Positions 38,665-50,583 of a DNA stretch of 64,000 bases are shown piece by piece. Position numbers and translations under genes: made by a program. The notes below the pieces were generated by a model. It saw nothing but the letters and a program-made list of their open reading frames with translations, was not told the origin of the DNA and did no database searches. Location of the stretch: positions 103,126,955-103,190,954 of the forward strand of contig JARDVH010000042.1 in assembly GCA_030324005.1 (NCBI GenBank), in the 5' to 3' direction. Numbering within the stretch: position 1 is the stretch's first letter; every line of letters starts with the position of its first letter. This stretch comes from Negaprion brevirostris (Eukaryota).

Positions 38665-39130
38665 ATTCCTCAACCACTGAACAGTGGCAGCAATATGTAC
38701 CATCCACAGGATGAACTATAGGAACTCACCAAGGCTCCTTAGGCAGCACCTTCCAAACCCATGACTACTTTCATCTAGAACAGCTGCCTCCAAATTCCGA
38801 TCCGGATCCGGCTCGCTGCGGACCGGCTGTAGTTTGGAGACCCCTGATCTAGAAAGACAAAAGCAGCGTATACCTAGGACACCATAATTTGTAGCTTCCC
38901 CTCCAAGTCACTCACCATCCTGACTTGGAAATATATCAGCATTCTTCACTGTCATTGGATCAAAATCCTGCAACTCCCTCCCTCACAGCACTGTAGCTGT
39001 ATCTGCACCTCAGTGATTGCAGCAGTTCAAGACGGCAGCTCCACATCACCTTCTCAAGGGCTATTAGGAATGGGCAATAAATGCTGGTCTAGCCAGTGAG
39101 GCCCACATCCTATAAATGTATTTGAAAAAA
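38665..39130 (+). mobile_element. Second copy of the same LINE 3' end, interrupted by a hAT MITE
   Basis: Repeats 38265-38660 with divergence. Confidence 0.8.
38781..38846 (-). mobile_element. 66-bp hAT-Charlie-type MITE
   Basis: 8-bp TSD atctagaa at 38773-38780 and 38847-38854; TIRs cagctgcctccaaa / tttggagacccctg (reverse complement caggggtctccaaa). Confidence 0.85.
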
Positions 39131-39822
39131 GGAGACTGCCTCTAAGAATATCACTCAGCTGATCTTGCTGCTGGCAACTGTGGAGCCGACCTTTCAGAAT
39201 GACCTATCAACAGACTTGATGATCATTCCAATCACTTCCTTTTATCTGTTTCAGATTTCCGGCATCTGAAGGATCGTACTTTTTTAAAAAACATAACTAC
39301 AGTAGTTTTAAGTCATGTACGTGCTGTTCATTTGTCACACCTTTACACTAATGGTAGCTGCCAAATAAGAAAATTTTGATTAGAGATTACTTTGGTCATG
39401 ATGACCATACTAATAATAAATGGCTGTTGTCATACCCATTGAAAGTATCTAATGAGGTTAAATGTTGGGCTAGATTTTACCTTCTCCGACCGGCATGTTT
39501 GAAGGTTGGGGTTACACATAAAATCCAGCAGCTGGCCTTCTCACAGAGGGCATGGTCAGTGTCAGGAAGCCTGTCCACCTTTAGATCTATTGAGGGCCTT
39601 AAGTGATCAATTAATAGTCACTTAACAGTTTCGTTACACCCCTGCTGGTATTTTACCCACGTTGGAAGCTTGCAGTTTTAGTTGTAGCTGGTGTCAGGCA
39701 AGGGTAGCATGTCCTTTGCGAGTCCCATGGCCCATTGGATGCAACCCCCCTGTCCTTTAACCCTTCCCAAGTCTCTTGAACTTTGTCCTCCTGATCACCC
39801 ACCTATCAAGGTCAGATCCTAT

Positions 39823-40188
39823 GGGCAGCACGGTAGCACAGTGGTTAGCACTGCTGCTTCACAGCTCCAGGGACCTGGGTTTGATTCCCGGCTTGGGTCA
39901 CTGCCTGTGTGGAGTTTGCACATTCTTCTCGTGTCTGCGTGGGTCTCCTCCGGGTGCTCCGGTTTCCTCCCACAGTCCAAAGATGCGTGGGTAAGGTTGG
40001 TTGGCCATGCTAAAATTGCCCCTTCCCTTAGTGTTCTGAGATGCGTAGGTTAGAGGGATTATCAGGTAAAATATGTAGGGATATGGCAGTAGGGTCTGGG
40101 TGGGATTGTGGTCGGTGCAGACTCGATGGGCCGAAGGGCCTCTATCTGCACTGTAGGAACCTATGATTTATGATTCTATGATCTATGA
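39823..40188 (+). mobile_element. V-SINE/HE1-like SINE, near full length, CpG-retaining
   Basis: gggcagcacggtagcacagtggttagcactgctgc head, V-domain core, (tgattcta)n-like tail. Confidence 0.88.
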
Positions 40189-40613
40189 CCTGTGCCCCTG
40201 GATTTGGTGAGACCAGATGTAGTCCTAGCAGTGGCCACTGCTCCTGGATGGCGCTGCTGTGACTTCGGAGCTGCCAGCCATCTGATTCGCTTGCAGCTCT
40301 CTAAGGTGCAACTTCCTGTGAGAAATGGGTGGATGTGACATCTTCAGGAAATTAATGCTGCTCCTTATGTAAAACTGCTGTGGGGCAGCCATCGGGATTG
40401 TGGGCAGGCTCCATGTGACCTTTTAGCAGGGGGTTGGTGACCACAAGACCCCAAAAAATCCAGCCTTCCATGTAAGATGGCAACAGTTTGCCAGTATTAG
40501 GTATAATGTCATTCCACATGACATAGAGGCTTGTTTCTGAACTTTGTTACAGAGGCAATAGGACCCGAATCCCTGTTAAAGGTGTGTATTATTTTGTTAT
40601 TTCATTTCTAGAG

Positions 40614-40669
40614 ATGGTGAATCAGGAAAACTTGCTGAAGGCTGCCTTGCCTCTAACTCTCTTTGTTAG
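40614..40669 (+). CDS. FREM1: Putative alternative N-terminus of a short, TILRR-like FREM1 isoform (MVNQENLLKAALPLTLFV)
   Basis: ATG at 40614 in gagATGG context, in frame with exon 11 with no stop; preceded by a second pyrimidine-rich acceptor (ttcatttctag, ending 40611); peptide resembles the recalled human isoform-2/TILRR start MVTQESMLKAALPLFTR. Confidence 0.7.
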
Positions 40670-41084
40670 ATTCATTGTCAGCAATGGGCTGTCCACAAGA
40701 AATGGAAGTCTAGACATCATCATTGAGAACATTGATCGCATCCTGCCCACACTGTCGACCAACAAAGGCATTCGATTGGTTGAAGGCTCCATGAAGTCTA
40801 TTTCTGCCGAGGTGCTGCAGATATCCGACCCTGATACTGCCCCGCAGAACCTGACCTACGTCATTGCACAGCATCCACAGTTTGGCCAACTCTACCACAG
40901 AGGGATTGTTCTTCATCAGCACAACTTCACACAGTTGGACATTGACAACATGGACATAGCATACAAACATGATGGAGGAGATTCACAGATTGACAGGTTC
41001 ACCTTTATTGTCACTGATATGAGCAATCGTGGCTTTCTGGTCAATGGCAAATTGCAGAGTGAACCCTCTGTATTCACAATTGAG
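40670..41084 (+). CDS. FREM1: FREM1 coding exon 11 (GC donor)
   Basis: ctctaac...tctctttgttag|A acceptor in phase 2; FIVSNGLSTRNGSLDIIIENIDRILP...HNFTQLDID...EPSVFTIE; donor GAG|gcaagt; 415 nt, phase 2 to 0. Confidence 0.93.
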
Positions 41085-41305
41085 GCAAGTGGCTTAAGAT
41101 TATCAGTGGCTTTACATATAAACTTTATCTCAAATTGAAAATGTAACCTAGTGAGCATATAACTATGTTAGCAGAACAACAGATTCCAGAGTGTAATACA
41201 TAAGCTCAAGCTTCAGTCTTGACTGGCTTTCCTACATGCCCGAGGTTAAAATTCTAGCTTCCTTATAAAGGAAAATGGGAGCTTAGACTGGTGGAAGTAA
41301 AAACT

Positions 41306-41797
41306 CAGTAAGAAGTCTCACACTAGGTTAAAGTCCAACACGTTTATTTGGAATCATGAACTTTTGAAGCACTCCCCCGTCATCAAGTGAGTGAAAGNNN
41401 NNNNNNNNNNNNNNNNNNNNNNNNNNNNNNNNNNNNNNNNNNNNNNNNNNNNNNNNNNNNNNNNNNNNNNNNNNNNNNNNNNNNNNNNNNNNNNNNNNNN
41501 NNNNNNNNNNNNNNNNNNNNNNNNNNNNNNNNNNNNNNNNNNNNNNNNNNNNNNNNNNNNNNNNNNNNNNNNNNNNNNNNNNNNNNNNNNNNNNNNNNNN
41601 NNNNNNNNNNNNNNNNNNNNNNNNNNNNNNNNNNNNNNNNNNNNNNNNNNNNNNNNNNNNNNNNNNNNNNCATCAAGTGAGTGAAAGAGTTGTGCTCCAA
41701 AAGTTTGTGGCTCCATGTAAACCAGTTGGACTTTACCTTGGTACTGTGAGACTTCTTACTGTGCCTGCCCCAGCCCAGTGCCAGCATCTCCACATCA
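41306..41797. mobile_element. Penelope-like fold-back fragment spanning an N gap
   Basis: agtaagaagtctcacactaggttaaagtccaac... and its inverted copy ...gttggactttaccttggtactgtgagacttcttact; same family as 6225-6413. Confidence 0.65.
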
Positions 41798-42300
41798 GAA
41801 CTAGAAACTGATAGCCCTGAATTCTGCCCCCTGGTATAGAGTTCCATCAAGAACCCTGTGGGTAAAGATTTTTGCCAACTGTGCTAACCTGCTGTTACTA
41901 TATCAATGAAAGTTGGGACTTGAGTTACAGATTTAGAAGTAGGCAAATAATTATACTTAAGTTGAAAAGGGATTAATGTAATGTTGGAACTATTCCGTTG
42001 ACTAGATACAGTGAATTATGAGTAGCACTTTTAATTGAAACATGAGAAGTGCTAATGGGAATTAAAACACACATTATTTATGATGCTTGCTAAAGTTGAA
42101 CACTTGACAGAGACTAAAGAGAAAAGATTGGACACATTTCCTTATTTGTTGCTTTGCTTTTGGGAGTCTCATTAAAAAGAAAGCAAAAACTTTTTTTCTC
42201 ACTAATATTAGTGGTTGTAGAAAATGTTGCGCTTCAGTAACATGAAGAGATGAATGGTAAAGGGATGCATTCTTTGGAATAATTTATTACCTTTGCTCAG

Positions 42301-42502
42301 GTGGACCATGTGGACAAGGCTGCCCCACGAATAGTTTATCTGCAGTGCCCCTCAAAAGTTGAACTACTAAAAAGCGGGAAATATGGAATCTACATCTCTT
42401 CTCACGACTTGAAAGCAACAGATAGCAATAGCAAAGACGAAGAACTCATTTTCCACATTTTACGTGCTCCTCATTTTGGTTACTTGGAAAACGTCACCAC
42501 TG
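42301..42502 (+). CDS. FREM1: FREM1 coding exon 12
   Basis: tttgctcag|GTG and G|gtatag; VDHVDKAAPRIVYLQCPSKVELLKSGKYGIYISSHDLKATD...PHFGYLENVTT; 202 nt, phase 0 to 1. Confidence 0.94.
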
Positions 42503-42597
42503 GTATAGTACTTTACACTAAAATTTTTATCAATATTTTTTCAATCATCTCTACTCTCATTTCACTAATGTTAATAGATTTATTAAAGAATATTTAA

Positions 42598-42890
42598 GGT
42601 AGCAAGGGCAGCACAGTGGTTAGGACTGATGCCTCACAGTGCCAGGGACCTGAGCTTGATTCCCGGCTTGGGTCACTGTGCTGAGTTTGAGTGTTCTCCA
42701 TATATCTGCATGGATTTGCTTCGGTTTCCCCTCTCTGTCCAAACGACGTGCTTTTTCGGTGCATTGGCCATGCTAAGTTTTCCCTTGGTGTACCCAAACA
42801 GGTGCCAGAGTGTGGCAACTAGGGGATTTTCACAGTTACTTCATTATAGTGTTAATGTAAGCCTACTTGTGACAGTAATTCATAAATAAT
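42598..42890 (+). mobile_element. V-SINE/HE1-like SINE (alternative tail)
   Basis: gcagcacagtggttaggactgatgcctcacag head; tail gtgttaatgtaagcctacttgtgaca. Confidence 0.78.
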
Positions 42891-43307
42891 AGGATAACCC
42901 ACGTAAGTATAAGCTAGTGAGCTTGATGTTAGTGATAGTGAAATTGTTGGAGAAGATTCTTAGAGAAGGAGTTGTACACATTTGGAACTGAATTGTCTTG
43001 TTAGTGACAAATAGCATGGTTTTGTACATTGGAGGTCATGTCTCACTAATTTAATTGAGTTTTTTGTAACAAATGATTTACGAGGGAAGGGCTGTGGGTG
43101 TTGTCGACGTGGACTTTAGTAAAGCATTTGACAAGGTCCCTCATGGCAGGCTGGTGCAAAGGTTAAATCTCTCAGGATTGCAGGTGAACTATCTAGATGG
43201 ATTCAAAACTGGCTTGGCCATAGAAGACAGAGTAGCGGTGGAAGGGTGTTTTTCTGAATGGAGGTCTGTAACTAGTGGTGTTCTGCAGGGATCAGTGCTG
43301 GGACCTC
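42890..43307 (+). mobile_element. CR1 LINE RT fragment (runs into gap)
   Basis: VDFSKAFDKVPHGRLV...VTSGVLQGSVLGP. Confidence 0.88.
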
Positions 43308-44542
43308 NNNNNNNNNNNNNNNNNNNNNNNNNNNNNNNNNNNNNNNNNNNNNNNNNNNNNNNNNNNNNNNNNNNNNNNNNNNNNNNNNNNNNNNNNNNNN
43401 NNNNNNNNNNNNNNNNNNNNNNNNNNNNNNNNNNNNNNNNNNNNNNNNNNNNNNNNNNNNNNNNNNNNNNNNNNNNNNNNNNNNNNNNNNNNNNNNNNNN
43501 NNNNNNNNNNNNNNNNNNNNNNNNNNNNNNNNNNNNNNNNNNNNNNNNNNNNNNNNNNNNNNNNNNNNNNNNNNNNNNNNNNNNNNNNNNNNNNNNNNNN
43601 NNNNNNNNNNNNNNNNNNNNNNNNNNNNNNNNNNNNNNNNNNNNNNNNNNNNNNNNNNNNNNNNNNNNNNNNNNNNNNNNNNNNNNNNNNNNNNNNNNNN
43701 GGTTCGCACCAGTTATGCATAAGAAATGTGGCCTAGGGATTTCGTGAACTCTTTCCAAGATCACAGACACTGTTGCAACTGTAGCAACAATGAAAGTTGT
43801 GAATCTTCAACTTTTCATCTTTACTGTGGGTACTGGAATAACATCTTCAACTCTTTTAGTCCCATGTTCCATGTCTGTTTGAGGACAACTTTTGACCTTC
43901 CTGCTCAGTAACATCAACTTCTGTTCCCATGTCTGTTATATGTGTATTTGAGTATTTCCAGACTCCTGAACTAACTTTAGGCCCACCATGACATTGACTG
44001 TGTGCATTGCTGCAACCTGAAACTTTACCACAACCTGGGGCATTACTGTGTCTTCTAAATCCTTTATGCCATCTGGATATGACCAACCTTCCTACGGCAA
44101 TAGAACTCTAACTGGAAATAGAGACGTTTAAATGTTTAGTGGCTACCATGGCAATTGTAGAATCCAAATTTTTGACCCTGAGGTTGCAAACTAGACTGCC
44201 TGATTCCTGCTGAAATCTCGTACAGTTCAGGAAAATAACTTGGATAGATAAATGGTTAATTGGAATATCATCATGGTGGCAGGTGCCAAGTTGTGATGAT
44301 GATACAAATAAAACAAGTGACCACAATTCATAAGTTATAAACTATAATTAAAATAAAAATCAAATATAAAGTTTAGGTATGCAAGTAATTACAACATGTT
44401 TCATTCTACTGTACTATTTTCTATTAAATTCAGGTTAAGTTTATTAGTTTCTTCCTTGCAATTTGCAACCATTCTGTTGTGGCATTTCCAAGGCCATGGT
44501 CTGATCCTACGCATCCTTCCATGTCAACAGAAGTTTGGCCTA

Positions 44543-44873
44543 GGACGGCATTGTGGCACAATGGTTAGCACTGCTGCCTCACAGCACATGGGATCCGGGT
44601 TTAATTCTAGCCTTGGGTAACTGTGTGGAGTTTGCATATTCTCCCCATGTCTGCGTGGGTTTCCTCGGGTGCTCCGGTTTTCTCCCACAGACCAAAGATG
44701 TGTGGGTTAGGTTGATTGGCTGTGATAAATTGACTCTCATGTCAGGGGGATTAGCAGGGTAAATACGTGAGGTTACAGGAATAGGACTGAGGTAGGATTT
44801 TGTTTGGTGTAGAGTTGATGGACCAAATGGGCTTCTTCTGCATTGTAGGGATTCTGTGAACGTATTCTATGAT
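44543..44873 (+). mobile_element. V-SINE/HE1-like SINE
   Basis: Homologous to 39823-40188 along its length. Confidence 0.82.
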
Positions 44874-45753
44874 TTTACTGTTCTTCAGTTCCCTTCCCCA
44901 AGAAAGTTTCTCTGAATTTGATTTCTAAGTTCAAGCCATGCTCACTGTGGTGGGATTTTCTTTGATTGACAATGTGATCTGGCTTGACAACATACTATTT
45001 CAAAGAATGCAATGCTCAGTCTTCATCATGCCACAATACAAGTCCAGAATTTCAGCCTATTCCATCGTACTGGAGTGTCACAGACAAAACTGATTTGATT
45101 TTATCTCAACGGCATCACATCCAAGCATGATGAAGAAAACAGCTTATTTATCCCCATCTCCGAATTTATTTGTTTTCAACCAAATATGCAACCTTGGTTT
45201 AGTGACTTTGTTTGGCTTAAATTTCCTTATTATCCTCAAATGAACACCAGTCCCATTTTTCAGTATGTACCATGCTAACTCACTGTGTATCTGAACACAA
45301 TGTATACACTGAGCACCAAGCATTCATGTGTTTGGATGGACAATGTCAAATGATTTACTCTAAACCTATCAATTTTGTAATTACTGGCATGTGATCTCTG
45401 TGTCACACACTGCTACACCAATAGATAGCAACATAGCAGCAAATGCACTTCGTTCTCACTGGAATATGTGTTTTGTTTATTCATGGTAATAAAATCACAT
45501 CTAAACACAATGATAACAACTAAAATGTAGACATGTTTCTTCTAAGCCAGCTATAATTCTTATACAAATATTTTGATGCTTCTGAAAGAGTATTAACTTG
45601 ATGGGCTTCCTTCTGACCATTGCCTGACAAAACCCCAGTGACCTTAATCAAAGCCATGTTATAGACTCCATCACAGAATACAATCTCATCATGCAACGAT
45701 ATTATCAACTTCTGTTTAGTTAAGCTAATTTTCCCATTATATTATAGACTATC

Positions 45754-47990
45754 TGTAACAAGCTTATGAGGCCATCACCATCACCCTTTATTTACAACAT
45801 GCTCAAAGGGCTGCTCAGCAGCTGCAGACAAAAGGTCAGCTCAGAGGTCTTTTGACAGCCAGCCTGAGACCCCTGTTGCTCCTTTCCTATTGACCGAGCT
45901 TCCACTTTCCTCATAGGGAGCCCGTAATTTATGATGACCATGGGGCAACCNNNNNNNNNNGGCCATCATAACATCGCTCCCACCTCAAGTCCATTTGTTC
46001 CCCAACACCCCACCACCTTTTCTGCTGCTTAGCGATCACCCGGGGGTTGACTGGAAGCAGGACCGGATCAGGGGGTGCAAAACATATTGGACACCCTCGC
46101 TTCCAAAGGGACCATCGTAAAGTCACTGACTCTGGATCTTCCTGAGGTCATGCCTCAGTTGGGGCACCAGTCACTTCTGGTTCGGAATCTGTCCTTGTTA
46201 TCCAGAGGGTAGATGCAGTGTCAAATTCTAGTCGTGGTTCAATGCTGGCAATGGTCGTCACCATAGCTGATAATGAAGTCTGCACTGGCACGGGCTCCTT
46301 ACTCTAGAGGTGGTCCAAGTGCTTCCTGACAATTTTGATCCCGGGGACTCAGTTGAGGCTATCGTCGGAGATTGTCACATGGTCTGTGTTACTGGTTTTG
46401 AATGCTCTTTCTATCCTTGCAGAATCATATTTCTTCTTCTGGTTCCCTTGCTGGAACACCACGCTCCCTGCCAGGTTTGGTGACAATAAGCTTAATCTTG
46501 TCCGAAGCCTCCATCACATTAACAATTCCACTTGGGTATTCCTGTCATTGTGTGAGGGTTGTCCTATAGTTGAAGAAAAACTGCTCCAGTTCAGCCAATC
46601 AATTCGATAACAGGTGATAGGGTGCTGTCTTAATGTGTTTGATTTCATTGGAAAGTATGAAGGTCTGAAACTTGATTCTTGTAAAGGCAGTGCCATTGTC
46701 AGAGACCAGAACCTCAGGTGTCCCATGCATGCAGAAACATTGTCATAGTTTCTCATTGGTAACACAGGAATTGGTGGAGTTCATGAGATGTATCTCCAAC
46801 AATTTGGAGTATATGTCGACTATAATTAACACCATGGAATCCAAAAATGGCTTGGCAAAGTTTACATTGCCTTCCCCTTGTCCTCCACTGGATCTTGCCA
46901 TCTACTTGGTAGCCCAAATAGGTCATGGCATTTGCTTACAAATCACATTTTTCCCTTTTCAGAGTGTACCCTGTCCTTTGAAAATTGTGGTAAGACCTTT
47001 TCCAGGTTTGCTAGGTGTTCCAAAGTTCCGGTGACCAAGACATATCCAGGTACACCACTACCTGAGGTAACCCTTGGTGTATGTTTCCATGACTCATTGA
47101 AAAAGGACGCATGTAGATGAGATCTGAAGGTTGGGTGAGTGTACTCGTATAGGCTTCTGTGCATATTAATTGTCACGTATTTTCAGGAAGGTTCATCTAA
47201 TTCAGGACTGTTCTTCCTGTCCTGAACCTGGATTAGTCTGCTTCCTGACATCCCCATAGTCTCTGCACTACTTTCTCTGCATTCTCCAATGACAGAGCTA
47301 TCTCAAAGGCCTTCTGTGGATCCAAATTGGGCTCTACCCATAATTGTTTTTGGACTAACAGTTAATTTCACAGACCAGTCTATCTCGCAACAAGTCACTC
47401 AGGAGTGGCATGAATTCACAGTTTTTGTAACATGGTTAGAAATTTGTTGATGTATCCCTAGGGGTTTGACCTGTTGTGTTAAATCGGTATCACCAGATTA
47501 TGATGAAGTGTTTTGGATCATAATAGTCATTTCATTAAAGATTTGGAGTCAAGGGCATGAGGGTAGGTCAGTCTTTTTATACTGTAGGATAGGACCCCTT
47601 ATGCCGTCAACAGGACCACTTTCTGCTTCTTGTCCCCTCCAATATTGTTGGCCTGATAAAGTAATGCTTGCACTCTGTTTATTGGGCCCGGTCTTCTATA
47701 CTTGCATCGTAGGTTTCAAGTTTACCAAAAAGATGAATTTTCTGACTGGAGGATCATTTGTCTCGACAGTAAAGGTGGTTCGGAGAGAAGAAAAAGACTC
47801 GCCTTACTCCTCATCGTCAATGGTACCAAGGCCAGTCTCCCGTGATCATCACCGTTTATTTACAATGTGCTCACAGGGTACAGATGAGCCCCAAAATCTT
47901 TCAACTGCCAACCTCCACTTGCCTAATACGGGTGCTCATACTCTATGAGGGAGATTTACTAGTGATCCCCCGTGGGCATTATAAAACTAT
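45754..47990 (-). mobile_element. Degenerate, internally deleted Gypsy LTR retrotransposon
   Basis: Diverged LTR-like blocks at 45754-45973 and about 47821-47990 sharing catcacc.tttatttacaa; PBS complement ctcctcatcgtcaa at about 47807-47820; PPT complement after 45973; integrase SDNGT-like remnant near 46700. Confidence 0.7.
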
Positions 47991-48381
47991 CCAACAATAC
48001 GGAGGCATGTGATGATGATGTTGTGAAGGTCAACAGGGTAGCCTTGTCTTTTCTTCTTGTAAATGTTCAATTCCTTGCAATTATGTGATGCAAATATTAC
48101 CTTGTATTTGTGTGAGGAAATATCTGCTATTTCAGGCCAAAACAATTGTCCCCTTGTTCTGAGACTCTGCTCTTAGTTCCACACTCTCCAGCCAAGAGGG
48201 AAGAAAACCTGTCAGCATCAATCCTGTCAAACTCTGAGAATCTCACTCCAGACTATCTCGGTCCATGCTCCTCATTGAAGAATCCTCTCAGTGCAAGGAT
48301 AAATTTATTGAAGTCTCAATGGACTGTCTTCTCAAGGCAGTGAGGGACAGGCAGCTGTCAGTTTACATCCTACATTTTAAT

Positions 48382-48513
48382 GGGCGGGTTTTCCTGCCTC
48401 ACTCGCCCCAAAACTGGAAAATCCCACCTGAGGGGTCTGCCCCTCGTCTGCTCCGATTCCCATGGTGTGGGGGGGGGGGGGGGGGGGGGGGGGGGGTTGG
48501 GAAAATACGCCCC
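48382..48513. mobile_element. Harbinger-type MITE containing a 28-nt G run
   Basis: TIR-like gggcgggttttcc / ggaaaatacgcccc; aat on both flanks; G homopolymer at 48469-48496. Confidence 0.55.
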
Positions 48514-48671
48514 AATGAATGTAAAATGAAAACACGCTAGCAATGCATTACTCTAATCCTCAATTTATTTTCGATCACAAGGTATCACATTAACTGATGA
48601 AACACTGATTGAAATGCTGTTCTCGTGTACTTTTAAAAGATGCACTGATCTTGTGATTTGTTGCTGCCTAG

Positions 48672-48816
48672 GGGGATTCATTCATAATAAGTTCACGCAG
48701 AAAGACCTGAACAGCAGACGCATCATTTACATCATAAGACCTTCTTCAGAAGTAACATCAGACAGTTTGGAGTTTCAAGTTGCAGATTCTACAGGAAACT
48801 TGGCTGTTCCTCAGAT
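48672..48816 (+). CDS. FREM1: FREM1 coding exon 13
   Basis: gcctag|GG and AT|gtaaga; [47 protein letters not shown]; 145 nt, phase 1 to 2. Confidence 0.93.
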
Positions 48817-48854
48817 GTAAGATATGTGTAAATTTCAATAACCTTCTGGCTCAA

Positions 48855-49775
48855 TTTAACCAACAGTGAGTGAACTTGTGAATTTTCTGCTGAGAATGAA
48901 GATTGAGCAATTAAACATGTGGCTGGAAAGCTGGTGTTGGGAGGACATAAGACTTCTGAGGCATTGGGGTCTGTTCTGGGGAAGGTGGGAATTGTACAGG
49001 TCAGACAGACTATATCTGAACAGGACCAGGATGAATGTTCTCGCAAGGAGATTCGCTAATGCTGTTGGAGAGAAGATTTTAATTGGATTGATGAGGGAAT
49101 GGGAACTTGGAGGTAAATGCAGAGCAGGGAACAGAATGTGGGAAATTAGTGAGTGCCCTGTGAAAGACTGAAGAAGCACAGGTTAAAGAATGTACTATAC
49201 AGGAATTTGGGAATATCAAAAGGTGTATATGTAAATACAAAGAGCATGGTAAATAAAATCCATTAGCTGAGGGTACATCAGACACATGGAAGGTTGATAG
49301 CATCAATATAATAGAAACTTGGCTTGAAGAGAAAAAATGGCAGCTCAACATTTCTGGATTTAGAGTTTTCAGGCAGCAAAGAAAGGGGTATAAAGATAGT
49401 GGGGGTTGTTGAATTAATAATTAAATTGTAGCAACGGACAGGGAGTTGAAAGATGAGCAGGTTAGGTGGATTGGCTATGGTAAATGGGTGGAGTTGCAGG
49501 GATGGGGTTGGATGGATAGGTGTGCAGGAGGGGGCTCCTCAGTAAGATGCTCTTTCAGAGAGTTGATGCAAACTTGATGGATTGAATGGCTTCCTTCTGC
49601 ATCGTAGAGATTCTATGGGATGTTGTGCTAAATGAAGCATCAAATTAGTCCATATGGACTGAACTCAGAGATAAAAAGGAGTAGCCACAATCCTAGGAGT
49701 GTAATATAGACATCCAAAGAGTGGATGGGAGTTAGAAGAGCAAATCTGTAAGAAAATTGAGTGCAGAAATAACAG
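48855..49775 (+). mobile_element. CR1 LINE ORF1 end / ORF2 endonuclease fragment, with nested SINE piece at about 49455-49618
   Basis: LNMWLESWC...HWGLFWGRWELYRSDRLYLNRTRMNVLA (ORF1 esterase-like); CIYVNTKSMVNK...IIETWL endonuclease start. Confidence 0.8.
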
Positions 49776-50583
49776 GGCAAGAGTCACAGCTTGTAAACAT
49801 TCCTGCTGTGAAATGGAAAGGAGTTACCTCTGATAGTGTCCAGGGCCTATTAGGTCCTCACAGTCAGAAGTCTGAACTGTGGGAAAACTATTAAGCTGGA
49901 CTCTGGGGCTACTTTTTGGAAAACATATTCATTTATTGGTGCTGCTACAGAATCCAGGTTAATTACACAGGACAGACACTCCATTGCCCTGGAAGAAACA
50001 GCAAGCCAGATTTTTAAATTTGAACTTCTAGAGAGATAAGCACAACTAAGTAGCTTCATTCAAAACTGAAAATGGTGCATCGTGGATGACAGTAATGCAG
50101 CCTTGGTGGGGGGGGAATGTGGTGAGGGAGCACAACTGCATCAGTTGGGCCGTCTCATCATTGAAGGGGAGTCGCAAATTAACAATTAATGCCATTCATT
50201 TATCAGTGGCCAAATGGATCCTCATTGATTCATCATACAAAAACAAGTCAATGAGTGGCATTCTGAGCCTTATTGTTTCAAGGATATAATTCACAAGTTC
50301 TCACCCCATACAGAGCTCTAGATGTCATATCTGTTGAATTAATTGCTACTAACTTCTATGTGTGTGCTAGAGTGCCAGTGTAAGATCACACATCGAATAA
50401 TGCAACCTAAAATGCCAAAGCTTAGCTCCCAACTTGTCCTACAAGTCTCCTATTCACAGCATTGTTTTAAACGCCCTTTAATCATTCTGGTCTTCAATGC
50501 ATCTGGCCAGGGAGGGGGCAAAATTGAAATGGATCCAGTGGTCCAGGGAGCTTTTTTGAGTCCTCATTGGAGACACAGGAAGG

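Noticed and set aside
40584-40613. ORF-track start at 40584 (MYYFVISFLE)
   Set aside because: The start is a GTG inside the pyrimidine tract of the upstream acceptor; the credible start is ATG 40614.
41381-41687. Direct repeat catcaagtgagtgaaag on both sides of a gap
   Set aside because: Probably an assembly overlap at the centre of a palindromic element rather than a TSD.
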